43,058 nucleotides of DNA from Blastocystis sp. subtype 4 (Eukaryota), in NCBI RefSeq assembly GCF_000743755.1, contig NW_014569486.1, positions 1 to 43,058 of the forward strand, in the 5' to 3' direction. Positions 24,676 through 38,265 of this stretch are shown in pieces. A program made the translations under genes and the position numbers. Position 1 is the stretch's first letter, and each line of letters begins with the position of its first letter. The notes beneath the pieces are model-generated. The model saw nothing but the letters and a program-made list of their open reading frames with translations. It ran no database searches and had not been told where the DNA came from.

Positions 24676-25083
24676 TTACTTCTCGTTACGAATACGACGA
24701 GCCAGCTGCATATCACGAGGCATAATAGTCACACGCTTGGCATGGATAGCACACAGATTCGTATCCTCGAACAGAGAGACCAGATAAGCTTCAGCAGCCT
24801 CCTGAAGAGCCATAACAGCAGAACCCTGGAAACGAAGATCGTTCTTGAAGTCCTGAGCGACTTCACGGACCAGACGCTGGAAGGGGAGCTTACGGATCAG
24901 AAGCTCGGTGCTCTTCTGATACTTGCGGATCTCACGGAGAGCCACAGTTCCAGGTCTATAACGATGGGGCTTCTTCACAGCTCCAGCAGCGGGAGAAGAC
25001 TTACGAGCGGCCTTAGTAGCCAGTTGTTTACGAGGAACCTTTCCTCCAGTACTCTTTCTTGCAGTTTGCTTAGTACGAGCCAT
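24676..25083 (-). CDS. H3: Histone H3 (intronless)
   Basis: [41 protein letters not shown]. Confidence 0.99.
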   Translation of the reverse strand: MARTKQTARKSTGGKVPRKQLATKAARKSSPAAGAVKKPHRYRPGTVALREIRKYQKSTELLIRKLPFQRLVREVAQDFKNDLRFQGSAVMALQEAAEAYLVSLFEDTNLCAIHAKRVTIMPRDMQLARRIRNEK

Positions 25084-25607
<524 letters not shown>

Positions 25608-25615
25608 ACAAGAAC

Positions 25616-25633
25616 TGGTGTTTATGAATACCA
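25616..25633 (+). promoter_or_regulatory. Histone 3' stem-loop (H4)
   Basis: TGGTGTT-TATG-AATACCA, 8 nt after the stop codon. Confidence 0.7.
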
Positions 25634-25699
25634 AAGTTGTGTTGTTTGTTCAAAACGCCTTGATTGTCGTGTTATTGAGGATAGTCCAGAATTACTTCT

Positions 25700-27060
25700 A
25701 TGGACACTACAGAAACAGCAAATGAGAATGAAGATGATCACCTTTCGATGATCAAGGAAGTGGGTGCAACCTTCACATCTACCTTTGTGAATGTGATCAA
25801 CTGTATTATTGGAGCTGGAATCCTATCAATTCCAGCTACTGTTCACAATACTGGCTTGTTTGGAGCCTTTTTCCTCCTTCTGGCATCTCTGGCTCTATCA
25901 TTATTTGGTTCGTTTTACCTAACTGTTGCAGCCACTTATACAAATAAGGATACGTTGGGAGGAATTTCCAGCATCCTCTATGGAAAAAATATGATTATTA
26001 TTTCGAATGCTACTCTCATTATCTACGAGCTAGGTGTGTCTACAGCATACTTTGTAATCATCTTTGAGCAGGTGTTGGATTTGTTAGAAGCATGGGGCGG
26101 ACTGAGTTCAGCATGGGTATGGAACAACCGTTGGGTAGGAAGTACATGAAGACTAACAGGTAGTGGATTACATACCTTACAACCATCCTTTTCTCTGTCC
26201 CGCTTCTATCAATTCGGAAACTAGATATGCTCAAATATACATCAGGTGGTGCAGTAGCATGCATCATTCTATTTGTTATAATCTCCGTCTATCTTGGAAT
26301 TGAGCAACTAACCACAGAGGTACAGAAAACGGGAGTTCCTCAAATGTAGCCATTACACTATAACTATTGGCCCAAAGATATAGGCTCAGTTACAGCTTCA
26401 GTAGCCATCTTTTCAACTGCGTTATGCTTCCATACAGCGGTTCCCAAACTGCATAGTGAGCTCAAGTATCCCAAAGGATCCAAGTTCGCGACAAAGGTAC
26501 ATAAGATGTTCCGGATCGGAGCAGGTGCAGCCATCTTCTCTTGTTGTCTCTACTATGTCGTGGGCATGTTTGCTTACTTCGCTTTTGGTAGCTCCATTGC
26601 AGGGAACCTCCTGACAAATTTTCAACAGAAGGGATATTGGTATCTAAGTATCGTCAAACTTGCATATGCTCTGGTTGCTCTTTTCTCCAATCCCATTGTC
26701 GTGTACCCATCTGTTGCTACAATTGATAGACTTCTCTTTAAGGGTGAACGCGTTCTCTGGAGACGTGTAAGCGAGTCTTTTATCTGGTGTACCATTGTCT
26801 GGTCCATTGCAATTGCCATACCCCAGTTGGATGTTGTTTTTGGACTTACGGGATCCACAGGAGGCATTCTTCTCATCTACGTGTATCCAGCAATTCTGTA
26901 CATTGCCGTTGTTAAGCGTTTCAGGAAACAGCCTAAAGCCGTCGTGAAATCCATTCTCGGACCTTCTTGGCTCTACCCGTTTGCTCACATTCTCATCTTG
27001 GTATCTACCATGCTGGGTATCATTTCGACTATTTCACAAATCAAAGATTTATCTTCGTAA
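25700..27060 (+). CDS. Amino acid transporter (AAAP/SLC38-like), spliced
   Basis: NVINCIIGAGILSIP, GMFAYFAFG, LDVVFGLTGSTGG..YVYP and multiple TM helices. Confidence 0.9.
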
Positions 27061-27140
27061 CTTGTTTGTGATAAACAGTGAATGACCCAATTCATAAATT
27101 AGGCCCTATTATTCCATAACCGTATTTCAATTCATTCCTC

Positions 27141-28230
27141 ATGATTTCGAGTGGAAACACTGGAATTTATGCGGTGGTGAATGCAGTCGTCTTTAGTTTG
27201 GTATTTGTGGAGATCCTTATCCAGATTGGGTATTCTCTCTTCAGCAAGCAGAAAGTCAAGAGGTAGGTCTCTTGTTAATTGGGATATATAGTGACTACTT
27301 TCAGTTCTTAATGTACTCTCTATGGTGGACACTCCTGCGTGGACTCCTGTCGATCCCTGCTCTTACTACGAATCCGAGAGTTTCATGTATGATGCAGGAT
27401 TTATTATTTCCTGCGATTGTCAGTTCATTCCTCCTTATTTTGGATCATTATATTAAAGTAATGATACGGACTGCATCTAAAGCTAGGTTCTGAATGAAAA
27501 GAGGCGGCCACTTCTCACATATGTCTGGCGACTGTTTGTCGGATTGGAGTTTATCGTTTTCTTCGTGGGTTTGGAAAGATTCTGTAATCTATAGTGTGCA
27601 GCTGGTTTCGAATGGATTTCCGTTTTTGTAGTGTAGAAGTGTTCGAGCAGCCTGATTGTTAGTCATATTCTTAAGCTAATCGGAACAATCCTTCCCTTTA
27701 TTCTAGCTGTTGTTCAATTAGTGATAACAATTTGGTTTCGAATCAGTGTAAGTGATACGAAAACATGTACTTCATTTACGTGTGAAATTATTCTCAATTT
27801 TTTAATCCTTGTTCACTTTTCGTATCTCTTCTGTCTCTGATTCACTCTAGAATTGATCTACTCACCGTTCTCAATGTGATTTCCATTTCATTCACACCTA
27901 CCAATCCTTGGGACTGCATTTTCGGTTTCTTATTTGAAGTGATTCCCATTCAATTACTTCTCCTACTTGTATACAACTTTGACATCAGGACGTATTCGTA
28001 CTGTTTCTTCTTTTTTGTAGGATCGTACAACCAGAATCGACTATAGTAAGTGAAGCGGTTATAAGCCAGTTCATGAATGCACCAATTCTGGTGAGTAATC
28101 CGCTCTTGGACTATGCCTACAGTAAACAGGATGTGGAAGATATGGTTATTGCTACGAATCGTTCCCATAAGGACAGCGAGAACTTTGCCACTACAGAGGA
28201 ACCTCTTACAGTTCAATTCTCATGTAAATG
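27141..28230 (+). CDS. Hypothetical multi-pass membrane protein, spliced
   Basis: A series of hydrophobic exons separated by ~30-nt GT-AG introns. Termini are approximate. Confidence 0.45.
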
Positions 28231-28336
28231 TATTATTCTGTCTGAAGTGTAGTTGGCGATGTCTATAACTCATTTGATCGGAGTCTTAGTCCTACGGAGA
28301 GCGTAGGCTCACCTCCTGCATTTTAGATTATGTTTA

Positions 28337-29326
28337 TTAACACACACAGAACATAAGTTTATTTACGTCCCCAGCTAAGCGATCAAAACCATACGATTCT
28401 TCACCTCGTCGACTAACATTTACGAAGTCACTCCATATCTCTCGATTTACCTTATTTACATATGCCGCCTGTTGTGCATAATTCGTCATGTTCATGTCCC
28501 ATCCTACAGGTACACCCTGCGAGGAGTAGGTTGGACCATATCCCATCACAGATCCATTCTGAGGAGCCCAGGGGACTGAACAGTATTCAGCGGCTGACGA
28601 CCAAGGAGTATTGGAACCGTAATAATCAGTGGGAGAAAAGACGTCTGATGAATAGGAATCTGCGGCAATTGTCCGATGTTTCCGGAAACGAAGAATGGGC
28701 GTTTCGTCGAATGGCGTAGAATTGTAGAGGATGGGTAGAGAGAGACGCCGACAGGATGAGCACAAGGAGCAGTGTTCTCGTAACTCTTCGTAATACTTCT
28801 GGAATTCTTGAGGGGTGACAAAAAGATTGAAGCGGATCTTGCAAAGGAAGTCAACCTCCAGCACGTTCAATTCTTCAACAGAAATGCCACCAACTTCAGC
28901 ATAGAAGGCGTTCGTATAATACACATCATCAAAAAACTTTGCAGCCAGCATGAGTCTGTATTGTTAGATGGAAGAAGATAGTGTACGAAGTGATTATAAC
29001 TCGATAGACACTGAAGATGTTGATCACAAAGGAATCAAGTTTGATCAACTTATCAATATATATTAGAGAGAGGACGTAGCACTCCCCGCTGCAGTTAAAG
29101 TACCTATAGATTCTACGAATCATTGACAAGGTGTTATCGAACCGCTCCAAATAGTCCTTTAAGGATAGTGGTGGCAATGCAGCTGAATGAAATAGTGTAT
29201 TCCGAATACGGGATGAATACTACAGTTAACGAACAGCAAGAATGGTACATCATCGTTACTCGAAAGATACGATGAAACGATACAGCCGTACACAGTCACC
29301 AAATCATGCAAATGACAAATCTCCAT
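28337..29326 (-). CDS. PHO80/cyclin-U (P-type) cyclin, spliced
   Basis: PPLSLKDYLER, LIYIDKL, MLAAKFFDDVYYTNAFYAEVGGISVEELNVLEVDFL. Confidence 0.9.
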
Positions 29327-29825
29327 CACTCAATCTCACAATATGCAGATAATGAAAGAAATTAACCAACGGGTCGATTTGACGGCTCGTTTGACTGACT
29401 AACAGAAATAGCGTACAAAGGCTATTAAAACACAGAATCTGTGTCTTTTCGATACTTGCTTCTATTACCCCTTTTAATCAATGGATTAAAGAGTATTCTG
29501 ATTGATTCGACATCTCATGTCTAGACGGGTGTCACGGGAATTTGTCACTCATTGCGGTTTCTCCCAATTCGTTTGTTTTGTAAAGATTTGTCTTTCTAGT
29601 TTCAGAAAAAGTGTAGGTTGCACCACAGAGGAATCTCCTTCTTCGGAGTTAGAGGGAAGAAACAATTCAGAAGCTATGATCAAATTGATCCATAGGACTC
29701 TAAAGCCTGCATACATTTCATCTATGGAAAGATAACATCCGATCCGTTTTTCTAGTTGAATTCCAAAATTCCAACCCATTTCCTCCTTTCTTGTTTTTGG
29801 CGTTTTCTCTATGTTTTTTGAAACT

Positions 29826-32800
29826 ATGTCAATTCCAGTGGAATTAAGACTAGATCAAGAAGCCTACTCAAGAACTGTCCAATTAGTTAACGAGGTAAAT
29901 CGATCAGGAGCGAGATCACTCATAGTCTTGTGAACAAGATATCTCTGGACAGGAATTTGAGCGTTATTTGTTAGCGGATGAGAAGGATAATACATATTAT
30001 TCTGACCCGTATGACAATAAGTATTCATCGTGGCTGCCTCCTGTAATGGAATTTTTGATTTTCTCATGGATAGATTGTGGTGGAGAACAAAATTGTGTTT
30101 CCTAATGTTTTGGTTTGCGACAAGACGGATATTCAACAGTCCTCAGGTTTATTCCCTGAAATCGGATACTATTGGCTTGTGAGAGGAAACAGCATTCACT
30201 TCTGGAGTTTCAATCAGAAACATGATTTGACTTTGCCCAATTCCTTCACTCAGCAAATTACTCACGTCCTTCTAGCACCTGCAGTCCCAAAAGTATTTGA
30301 TGAGTCAATTACTGTCTTTGTGTTGTGCTGGTGTGATGTATAGCATGTTCTTGTTCTTACCACCAAATCTGAAATCTTTGCATATCCTATTAGCTATGAT
30401 CCACAACGAGGAGTCCCGCTATTTGCTAGATTTCATTTGTAGGCGGAATTTCGAGGAAATCCCATTCATCAGTCTACGGGGAACTTGCATGTATTGTGCA
30501 TGACAAGTAGTTCGAATGGTCGTATCTTCTTAGGATGTGAGGATAATGACATTTACGAATTGGACTATCGAACCAACTCTGTTGTCTCTTATTTCTTGTA
30601 TCATGTATAGAATGTGTTCCTACAATTGATGGGATACAGCAGTCGTGGCCAAGTGGCCAATCGTACTGGATATCTAATTCAATTATTGATTCCCTCTTTT
30701 ATTCGAGAAATTCGATATGGATGTAACATCAATCGCCTACTTGTTGATAGTGAGCGTCATATCCTTTATTGTCTGTATAAACGGAATTCCATATATGGAT
30801 ACTATTTGGGTCCAACAAGTTCATTTTTTGGTTCAATCTTATTTCTAGATAATGATTTTGAATATGCCTTTGAACTTAGTAATGTCTTTGAGACATTACA
30901 TCGGTATTGCCAATGTAACTCCCGTCCTAGTTGTAGTCGCTTGTTGAATGTCTTAAACACACGTACAGAATCGAAACAGGTTTGATTCACTTCCTTTCTT
31001 TAACATAGTTGCAATTGCTCTCCATTGATGTTATTGCAACTTCTATTGCCAAGGATGTGTGTCTTGTTGGTATCACAAATGACAATATTCGACTATATTT
31101 TAGACTTAATTCTGAGGTATCGTAAGTCTCCCATAATTCCCGTGATTTTCAGCCGACCCTCTCAACTTATTCTTCATTCGCTTCGTCTTCCTCCTAGTTC
31201 CACACAAGCCATCCAACAGGGTTCTCAGCTTCACAACTGCTTCTTTACAATCAATTCTGATTGTTCGGTGCATGCATACATTCGTGACTTCCTCCTACGA
31301 GGGTCACGAGATAAGACACTGTTGAAGGGAGAGACAGAGGTTGAAATAGGAATTGTAAGTGGATGGGCCAGTCTTTGTTTCACCGAGATTTGCTGGGAGG
31401 TAAAGGAGAAGGGAGACAGCGTATTTGGTGTGTGGGAAGAGAGTGTTATTCCAACAGGTACTCAGAGAATGATATGAGTAATCGATAGGAGACATTGCTT
31501 TGCAACGACGTATGAATAGGTAGGCATAAAGAATTGAATTGAGTATAGTGGTCTCTTGCTTCCTGTTCATATGACTACTCAACGTTTCTTCATTCTCACT
31601 TCTTCTTCAATCATTGTTCTTCGGCTAACAACTCCTCTAGATCAACTTCTTCATGTATGAATCTCTCATTGCCTCATAACTCAGCTTCTTCATTCTGATT
31701 CATATTCTCAGACTCTGGTTCAGTTTAACAATTACTATGGAGTCACGGAAGCTCTCACCCTTCTTATCTCGCTTCTTTCTCTTCCTGCTGCTCAGTCTGT
31801 TGTATCTCGTATTCATTACATTCTCGCTTCTGTAGCGTCCCTCAAAACATATCGTGTGGCAGGAGATACTTGGGGTGGAGGCGTCACAGGTGAAGTGGGC
31901 GTTCTAAATGATATGACTCACTCTGTGATCTATGAAGCTATCATTAAGTATTGATAGACTTGAGCATTATTTGTAGAGTACTTAGTAGAGCATTACTGTC
32001 ACTGTGGAGTCATCCTATCACTTCTACGAATGGAAGTTCATGGAGTGTTTCTGTGGAGGTAGCAGAGAGAATGAAACTCCAACTACGAGCTGTTAGTGAA
32101 GTAATTCAAAAGTATTTCCAACAGGAGTTACATCAAGAGAAGTAGGAGTTTCATTGTTTAGTGATTCTTAATTAGTATAACAAATGATCTTGCTCATCGT
32201 GAACAATATTACATTCAACTGCTTTTCCTTCTAGCAACCCGAGCTATGCAACTCCTCTCTCTCCTTCTCTTTGTAATCTTTGCTTCATTCTTTGATTCGT
32301 AGATTCACACAATTGGGATCTCTCAGATCCTCTCTCTTCTACCACCAGAGACACGTACTCAGTTAGCCACACTTCCATTCAGTGCTCTGTTGAACAGTGT
32401 GGAAGGAACAACAGTAGTGAAGCGTCTGATTAACACTGTACTGAAGTTCTATGAGGGCAATCCAATGAGTAGGTCAGTTTATAGCTTGTTATCTGCAGAT
32501 GTCATTGCTTCAGTGAGTGAAAGACTTACGGGAATTTGTCCTGGCTACTTTGGAGTTGGTGAGAAACTGTTTAATCAGGGTCGGATTGAATGCGAGCGAA
32601 TTCTTCAGCAACCTCCTCAGCAACGTGATCGAATTCTGCTTCAAGTTTGGATTCTTCTCTTCATTCACATTTAGCGTACTTTTGATACTCTCGCTCTCTC
32701 TTTCCGTTATTTCATTCCTAGCGACATAACTTCACATCTCCAAATCCTTCAATCTCTCCTTCTCCAATATAACCTCTCTTCGTCCTTCATTTCACTTACT

Positions 32801-34328
32801 CTTCATGCTATACAGGTTCTCCATCCTGTACTCTCTCCTTCTCTTCCTCATATCCAGAACAATTTCTCCTCAACAGAGGTACTTCAGGAGACTCGTAAGT
32901 CAATGTATCAAACCATCATTCAGACTCTGAAGTGTCTTCTCCTGGGCACGATCCCTAACGAGAAACGGAATGGAGTCTTCACTATGCTTCGAACCAGTAC
33001 TGACAGTGACAATGCTGAGGAACGTGCTCGGGAGATTCACACAGACCTGAATCTGATCATCCAATCCGAGCAGAAGGAACTCTGTTTTTTGGCATTCCAA
33101 TTATTATTGGACACAAAACACGTGGATCTATTGCTCAATGTGAGATACAATGTCTTGGCATGACTTATAGACGGAATCGGCACTTGTCGAAGAATTCCTT
33201 CGTCCCCGCGATTCTGAAGTCTGTGTTGATTAGTGGACCTTAGTGTTAGTTGCTTCATCGTTACTTCTTGAAGAATCGTCAGTATGTCCGAGCTGCTGAA
33301 ACTCTCTTCTTGGCTGCTTTTGATGTAACTCTCATTCTCTGTTCTCATCGTAGAAAGAAACAGATATACCAATTACACGCCGCTTACAATTCTTAACATC
33401 ATGCATCAATGACTTGAATGCTTCTCGTAGTACGCGTAGGCAATAATCACTCTTAAATACCTAGTTATCAGTCAACCTCTTCCTCTCCCTGCTATGGATC
33501 TTGCTCAACTTGTTACTCAACAGGCTAATCTCCGTGTACAGTGTACAGTGTTGGAGGAGTTAGAGGAGCTGGGTGAAGCAGATCTCACTGAGATACTGCA
33601 TCGATTGTCTGTAACTGTACTGGAGCCTGCAGAGCTGTATCAGATCATCGAACAGTTTGGAATGGACAAGCAAGCATTGTTGTTGATGCGCAATACGAAC
33701 TACTCAGATGCTCTGGCTATCCAGCGTCATTGGGATCATTTACTGCGCTCCATTATTGATGGAGAAGTGTCAGCAAAGTTTGTTTTTTTCTGGAGTGTAA
33801 GAAATAGACGAGAATTATTACAAACTACAGTGGTTGATTTAGGACAAGAATTGGGAGTTACATCTTCAGTATTCTTCCCTCTTCCGTTTTTGACTGAAAC
33901 TCTTGTTTCTTTTGGTATTGTTAGTTTCCCTGCTAATTCTGATGTATCATCCTGGCTCTTAAACACTCTTATTCCTGCTGGAGTATCCTATGAGGCCGTC
34001 ATTGATACTTTGTATGGTCTAATTCATGCTCGAGAGGAGGCACGATGGCGAATCACTGTGAGTGACTTGTATTGCCGGAGCATTCAAGCATACAGTGATT
34101 TCATTGTGTTTAAGAACATCGATCCGACCGTAAAAGCCCGTTTTATGGCCAATGCAGATCATTATGTGGATGTGTTAAATCGAGTGAAGGAAGAAGTAAA
34201 GGAAGAGAAGGCAGGAGATGTTGCTACGAAGCGCGATGAAACTGTAGATAGAGTTGACAAGCTCTTGAAGACATTGGAAACCCAGAAGAAACGAGAGAAA
34301 TCTGTGCTCTATGGACAAATGCTGGTCT
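29826..34328 (+). CDS. NUP155: Nucleoporin Nup155/Nup170, many introns; stop probably created by poly(A)
   Basis: GLFPEIGYYW, NGRIFLGCEDNDIYELDY, LLVDSERHILY, CPGYF and a long alpha-solenoid C-terminus. Confidence 0.85.
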
Positions 34329-34386
34329 GGATTGTTTGTTGAAAATCGCGGGAATCTTCTTAGTTTGAATATGAATATTTACGACG

Positions 34387-36216
34387 ATGAACAACTTGAA
34401 TTCACAGCAGGGTGGCATTATGGGAGGTCCTGTGATGCAGCAAGGTGGAAATGGACGTAAGTGTGTGATATGGGAGTAGGACAGTTCTAATCTCTCTTTA
34501 GGGTTGATGTCAGATGAAATTGGATATTTGCAGGGTATTTTATCAAAATAGCTGTTCATCTAGGTGTTGTGTCACAGCAAGTTCCTATGCAGATTGGAAC
34601 AGCAATCAACATCAATGGAAACCCAATGATGACATATCAGCATGGAACAATGAACATGAACGCAGTTAGCTATGGAGACCCCCAAATGGCTCATGGGATG
34701 GGAAATGAGGATGTGATGGGTAGTTCCATGCAAAGCATTGCCTATATTCAGGTTTGATTTGGTGGGAAGCGTAATCGCCAGCCAGACCAAATGATATCGC
34801 GTCAGCCTGGAATGACGACTGAAATTGGTATGCAGCCGATAGTAGTCTCTTTTGAATTGTCCGATTGTAGACAGATCTTGATATGTACGCTACTCAACAG
34901 ATCGAGGTTACTAATCCTGCCGTGATACGTAAGTTGTTGTGTAAATTGATTTCCATAGCATATGATGGTTCTGATGGAGAAGGTCGTCTTCGTCTGAAAG
35001 CTCCGAAACGTACCATGAGTGCTTATGCGTGTTTCAGTCGTTCCGTGTAGATATTGGTCCTCTCATTGAATCTAGATACAAATCTGTTCGTGATGAAATG
35101 GGTGATCAGCCTCGTCAGTCGGATGTATTTCGTGTGATCGCAGCACGATGGAAGGAGATGTCACCCGAAGAGAAAGCACCATTTGTTGAGGAAGCTCAGA
35201 AGGATCGGAAGCGTTACAAGTCGGAGTTACAACAGTATCACAAATTGAGACGAGATGTAGAGAGACAAGTGTCACGGTTTGGAGCCTACAGCGAACCGAG
35301 CCAATTACGGAATTCCAAATTCCTCCAAAAAGCATTCCAGAATCGTGATGGATTCCGAGTGGCCCAGATTTTACTAGCAGCAGGAGATAACAATCAGAAG
35401 GAGACATTAGATATGTTAGATATGACAATCAAGGTATTGGTGAATGATGGTCCTACAGTGAGTCCTTTTCATTATAGTCATAGATAGTTGGTAACTGAAC
35501 AACGAACCATTCACGAGACTATCAATGTTGGAGGAAGTGAAGTGTTTAGTGTGTATGGAATTCCAGAATTCGATTCATTTTTAGGAATGGTAAAAAAATG
35601 TATAAGTGTCCATTTCCAAACTGTAACAAGTAAACTAGAATGAGGTTCATTGATTCTAGAGAGTTTGCGTGGAAATCCAATCTCAATGTTCATCTTCATA
35701 TTCATGATAGTTCACGACGAAAAGATTATGTGTGTGATTTTCCGAATTGCGGTAAAGCATTTTATGATAGTCAACATCTGAAACAGCATTACTGGATCCA
35801 TACTCGGAATCCTCAAGTGTGTTTGTACTAGTGTCTTTGATATAGGGGTTTCAGTGTACTCATCCTGGTTGTGATAAGAAATATGCAACTCACAGTGGTT
35901 TAATGCTTCATATTCGATCTCATCATGGTGTTGGTGATAATCGTGATAATTAGAATTAGAATGATAAGACGTATGAATGTCCCTATCCTGGTTGTGGAAG
36001 GTCATTTTCCCGTCGAAGTGAGTTGGGTAGTCACATTCAGCAAATGCATCGTGATATGAAGCCCCTGAGGTGTACAGTTGAGGGATGTGATAAGGTATGT
36101 GATATAGATTTAATGTAATATAGATATTTGACACGGAAGAAGAGTTGAAGAATCATCAACAGTTACATTCAGAGGAGATGAACAATTTATCTGAATTAGG
36201 AAACTTAGAATTGTAA
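34387..36216 (+). CDS. HMG-box plus C2H2 zinc-finger transcription factor, spliced
   Basis: APKRTMSAYA..IAARWKEMSPEEKAPFVEEAQKDRKRY, YVCDFPNCGKAFYDSQHLKQHYWIH and further C2H2 fingers. Confidence 0.85.
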
Positions 36217-36329
36217 ATTAGTGTTTATTAAAAGAGTGCTGAAACAGTTCTGATGGATTATGTACGAACAAGAATGAATAGACACTAAATTGCAATACTT
36301 CACAAGAACAAGCAACTAGAAAAGAGACA

Positions 36330-36738
36330 TCATAGCATGTTTCGGAAATAACGATAAAAGGTATTGACTTCAGGTGCTTGCTTTAGTAGGTTATCAGGAA
36401 TAGATTCAGCATCCAGAATATCCTGAATACGATCCCAATTCCCTACAAACTGGATATTCCGGTTACTCCGCATAATAAAGAGGAGAGGGAATTCAACACG
36501 TCCACCGTGGTCAACTACAATTCAACAGGTTAACATGATAAGACGTGCAACTTGAATCAAGGCATCACGGAGTTTTCGATTTGCGGGTTTCGATGCCTCG
36601 ATTTCATCAAATGGAATCCCTACATTCACTAAATAACTCTATAGATCACCCGTCTTGAACTATTCCAACTTTAAGAAGATTTACGTTATTCAAGTAGCGA
36701 TTATCGAGATTCGATGTTAAAAGAACACAATAATCCAT
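36330..36738 (-). CDS. Small SH3BGR/glutaredoxin-like protein, spliced
   Basis: GIPFDEIEASKPANRKLRDALI..SPLLFI..FVGNWDRIQDILD after splicing. Confidence 0.5.
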
Positions 36739-36763
36739 TACAAGATATGTTGGAAAAGAAAAA

Positions 36764-36845
36764 TGCACGAAGAGGGACTCGAACCCTCGAGTGCGAACAC
36801 ATTACGGCCTTAACGTAACCCCTTGGACCACTCGGGCATCCGTGC
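36764..36845 (-). tRNA. tRNA-Leu (AAG)
   Basis: GCACGGA/TTCGTGC acceptor, CCGAGTGG D-arm, TTACG-TTAAGGC-CGTAA anticodon arm, long variable arm and GGTTCGAGTCC. Confidence 0.95.
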
Positions 36846-37327
36846 TTGTTGGAACTTCCATATGGTTCTATAAGAGAGTAGGAATGGAAAGGTGTTTCTG
36901 GGAATGTCTGAAGTATCCTGGAGTGAATTAATCTAGATATTCTTTCATAATTCAGACACTTTCACTAATGTGGATGAACTAGATGAGTGATATCAATGTG
37001 TAGAATCTATTGAAATGAGTAAAATGGGTTGGCAGGACTATGTACTCAATGCAGCATATCTGAATTGAATTATTGAAATGCAAGAATTCCAGTGAATATC
37101 AACGTTCTTGACCGTTTTACGGATGAAAATGACTTCTTATTCTCTGAAGGAGGGTATTTTGTGTCAGCTCATTACCATTCTTGTGAACGACACAGGATTC
37201 AATCAGAATCTATCCTCTTTATTCATTGAGCCTTTGTGTTTCATTTCAATTGATAAAGCGGTGAATGGAGAATCGAACAGGGATAAAATCAGTAAAGGGG
37301 ATTCTTCCATTTCATAATGGAACTCAG

Positions 37328-37615
37328 TTATTCCATATCCTGTGGAATTGAGTTCCAGTCCAATTATTATGGCTTCAATCCATATTAATTCAACAACCAG
37401 GTCAACAGATGAAGATCTTAGTTTGATTGATAGAATAAAGAGAAAAGAACAGCATTGAGACTTCTCAGCGGGTCCCCCACACTGGTACTAACTCAACTCG
37501 TAATGACTTAGCTTCCTAGATCAGACGGGTTAGGGCGCTTTCCACTAGATATGACCGTTCTTGTTTTTATTTCTTTCACTAACCCTTTTCAACAACACAT
37601 TCTTATCCTCACATC
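37328..37615. repeat. Dispersed ~285-bp repeat containing 5S rDNA, copy 2
   Basis: Alignable by eye to 366-648. Confidence 0.9.
37443..37560 (-). rRNA. 5S rRNA
   Basis: About 118 nt GAACGGTCATA..CCCGTCTGATCT..GAAGCTAAG..TTAGTAC..TGGGGGACC..GCTGTTC with complementary ends and an oligo-T terminator. Confidence 0.92.
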
Positions 37616-38265
37616 AGTTCAAAAGCAATCAACAGATCGTCAATATTCAATATGAATCCAACATTGCAATATCCAGTATTGACTTGCGAGGAATGTCCTT
37701 TCATGACAGAATAAAATATAAGGTATTCAATCCACAAATAATATTCAACAATCACAGAACCCGCTCATATTTGATTCTAACAACAGAACTCATTCTTCAG
37801 TAACATGAATCCATTTGATATCAGTATTGGGGAATTGTGATAACATCTCACATTTATCACAGTCAGCTATCAATTAGCATCCATAACTATGAATAGAAAG
37901 AATGAAAATGAATCCATTGTCATAATACTAATCATTTCTAACAAGGTGGTCAAATCAGTCTCTACTATCAACGACTACAAATCGATATATTCAATAATCA
38001 TACATCATCTATTCTACTAGATATTCTTAACAGTTCATACAATCCATTCAAACATCATCTCAGATGATGATAACCTAATATATCTACTGTTTCACAATAT
38101 CAATATCACTGTTTCACAATATGATATTAAGAATTATCACACTCATATCAAATAGTCGTTCTTTTATCAAACAGTAGCTTTGAATGATTAATAGAAAATG
38201 AATGCGAAATGGAATCCAATTAGAAAAGGTTTGAGGAGTTCAGCATTCATTCACTTATTAGTTGT

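Noticed and set aside
29330..29820. Possible ncRNA in the ~500-bp cyclin/Nup155 intergenic gap
   Set aside because: I could not recognise an snRNA, snoRNA or tRNA motif; more likely a promoter or 5' UTR. An Rfam scan would settle it.
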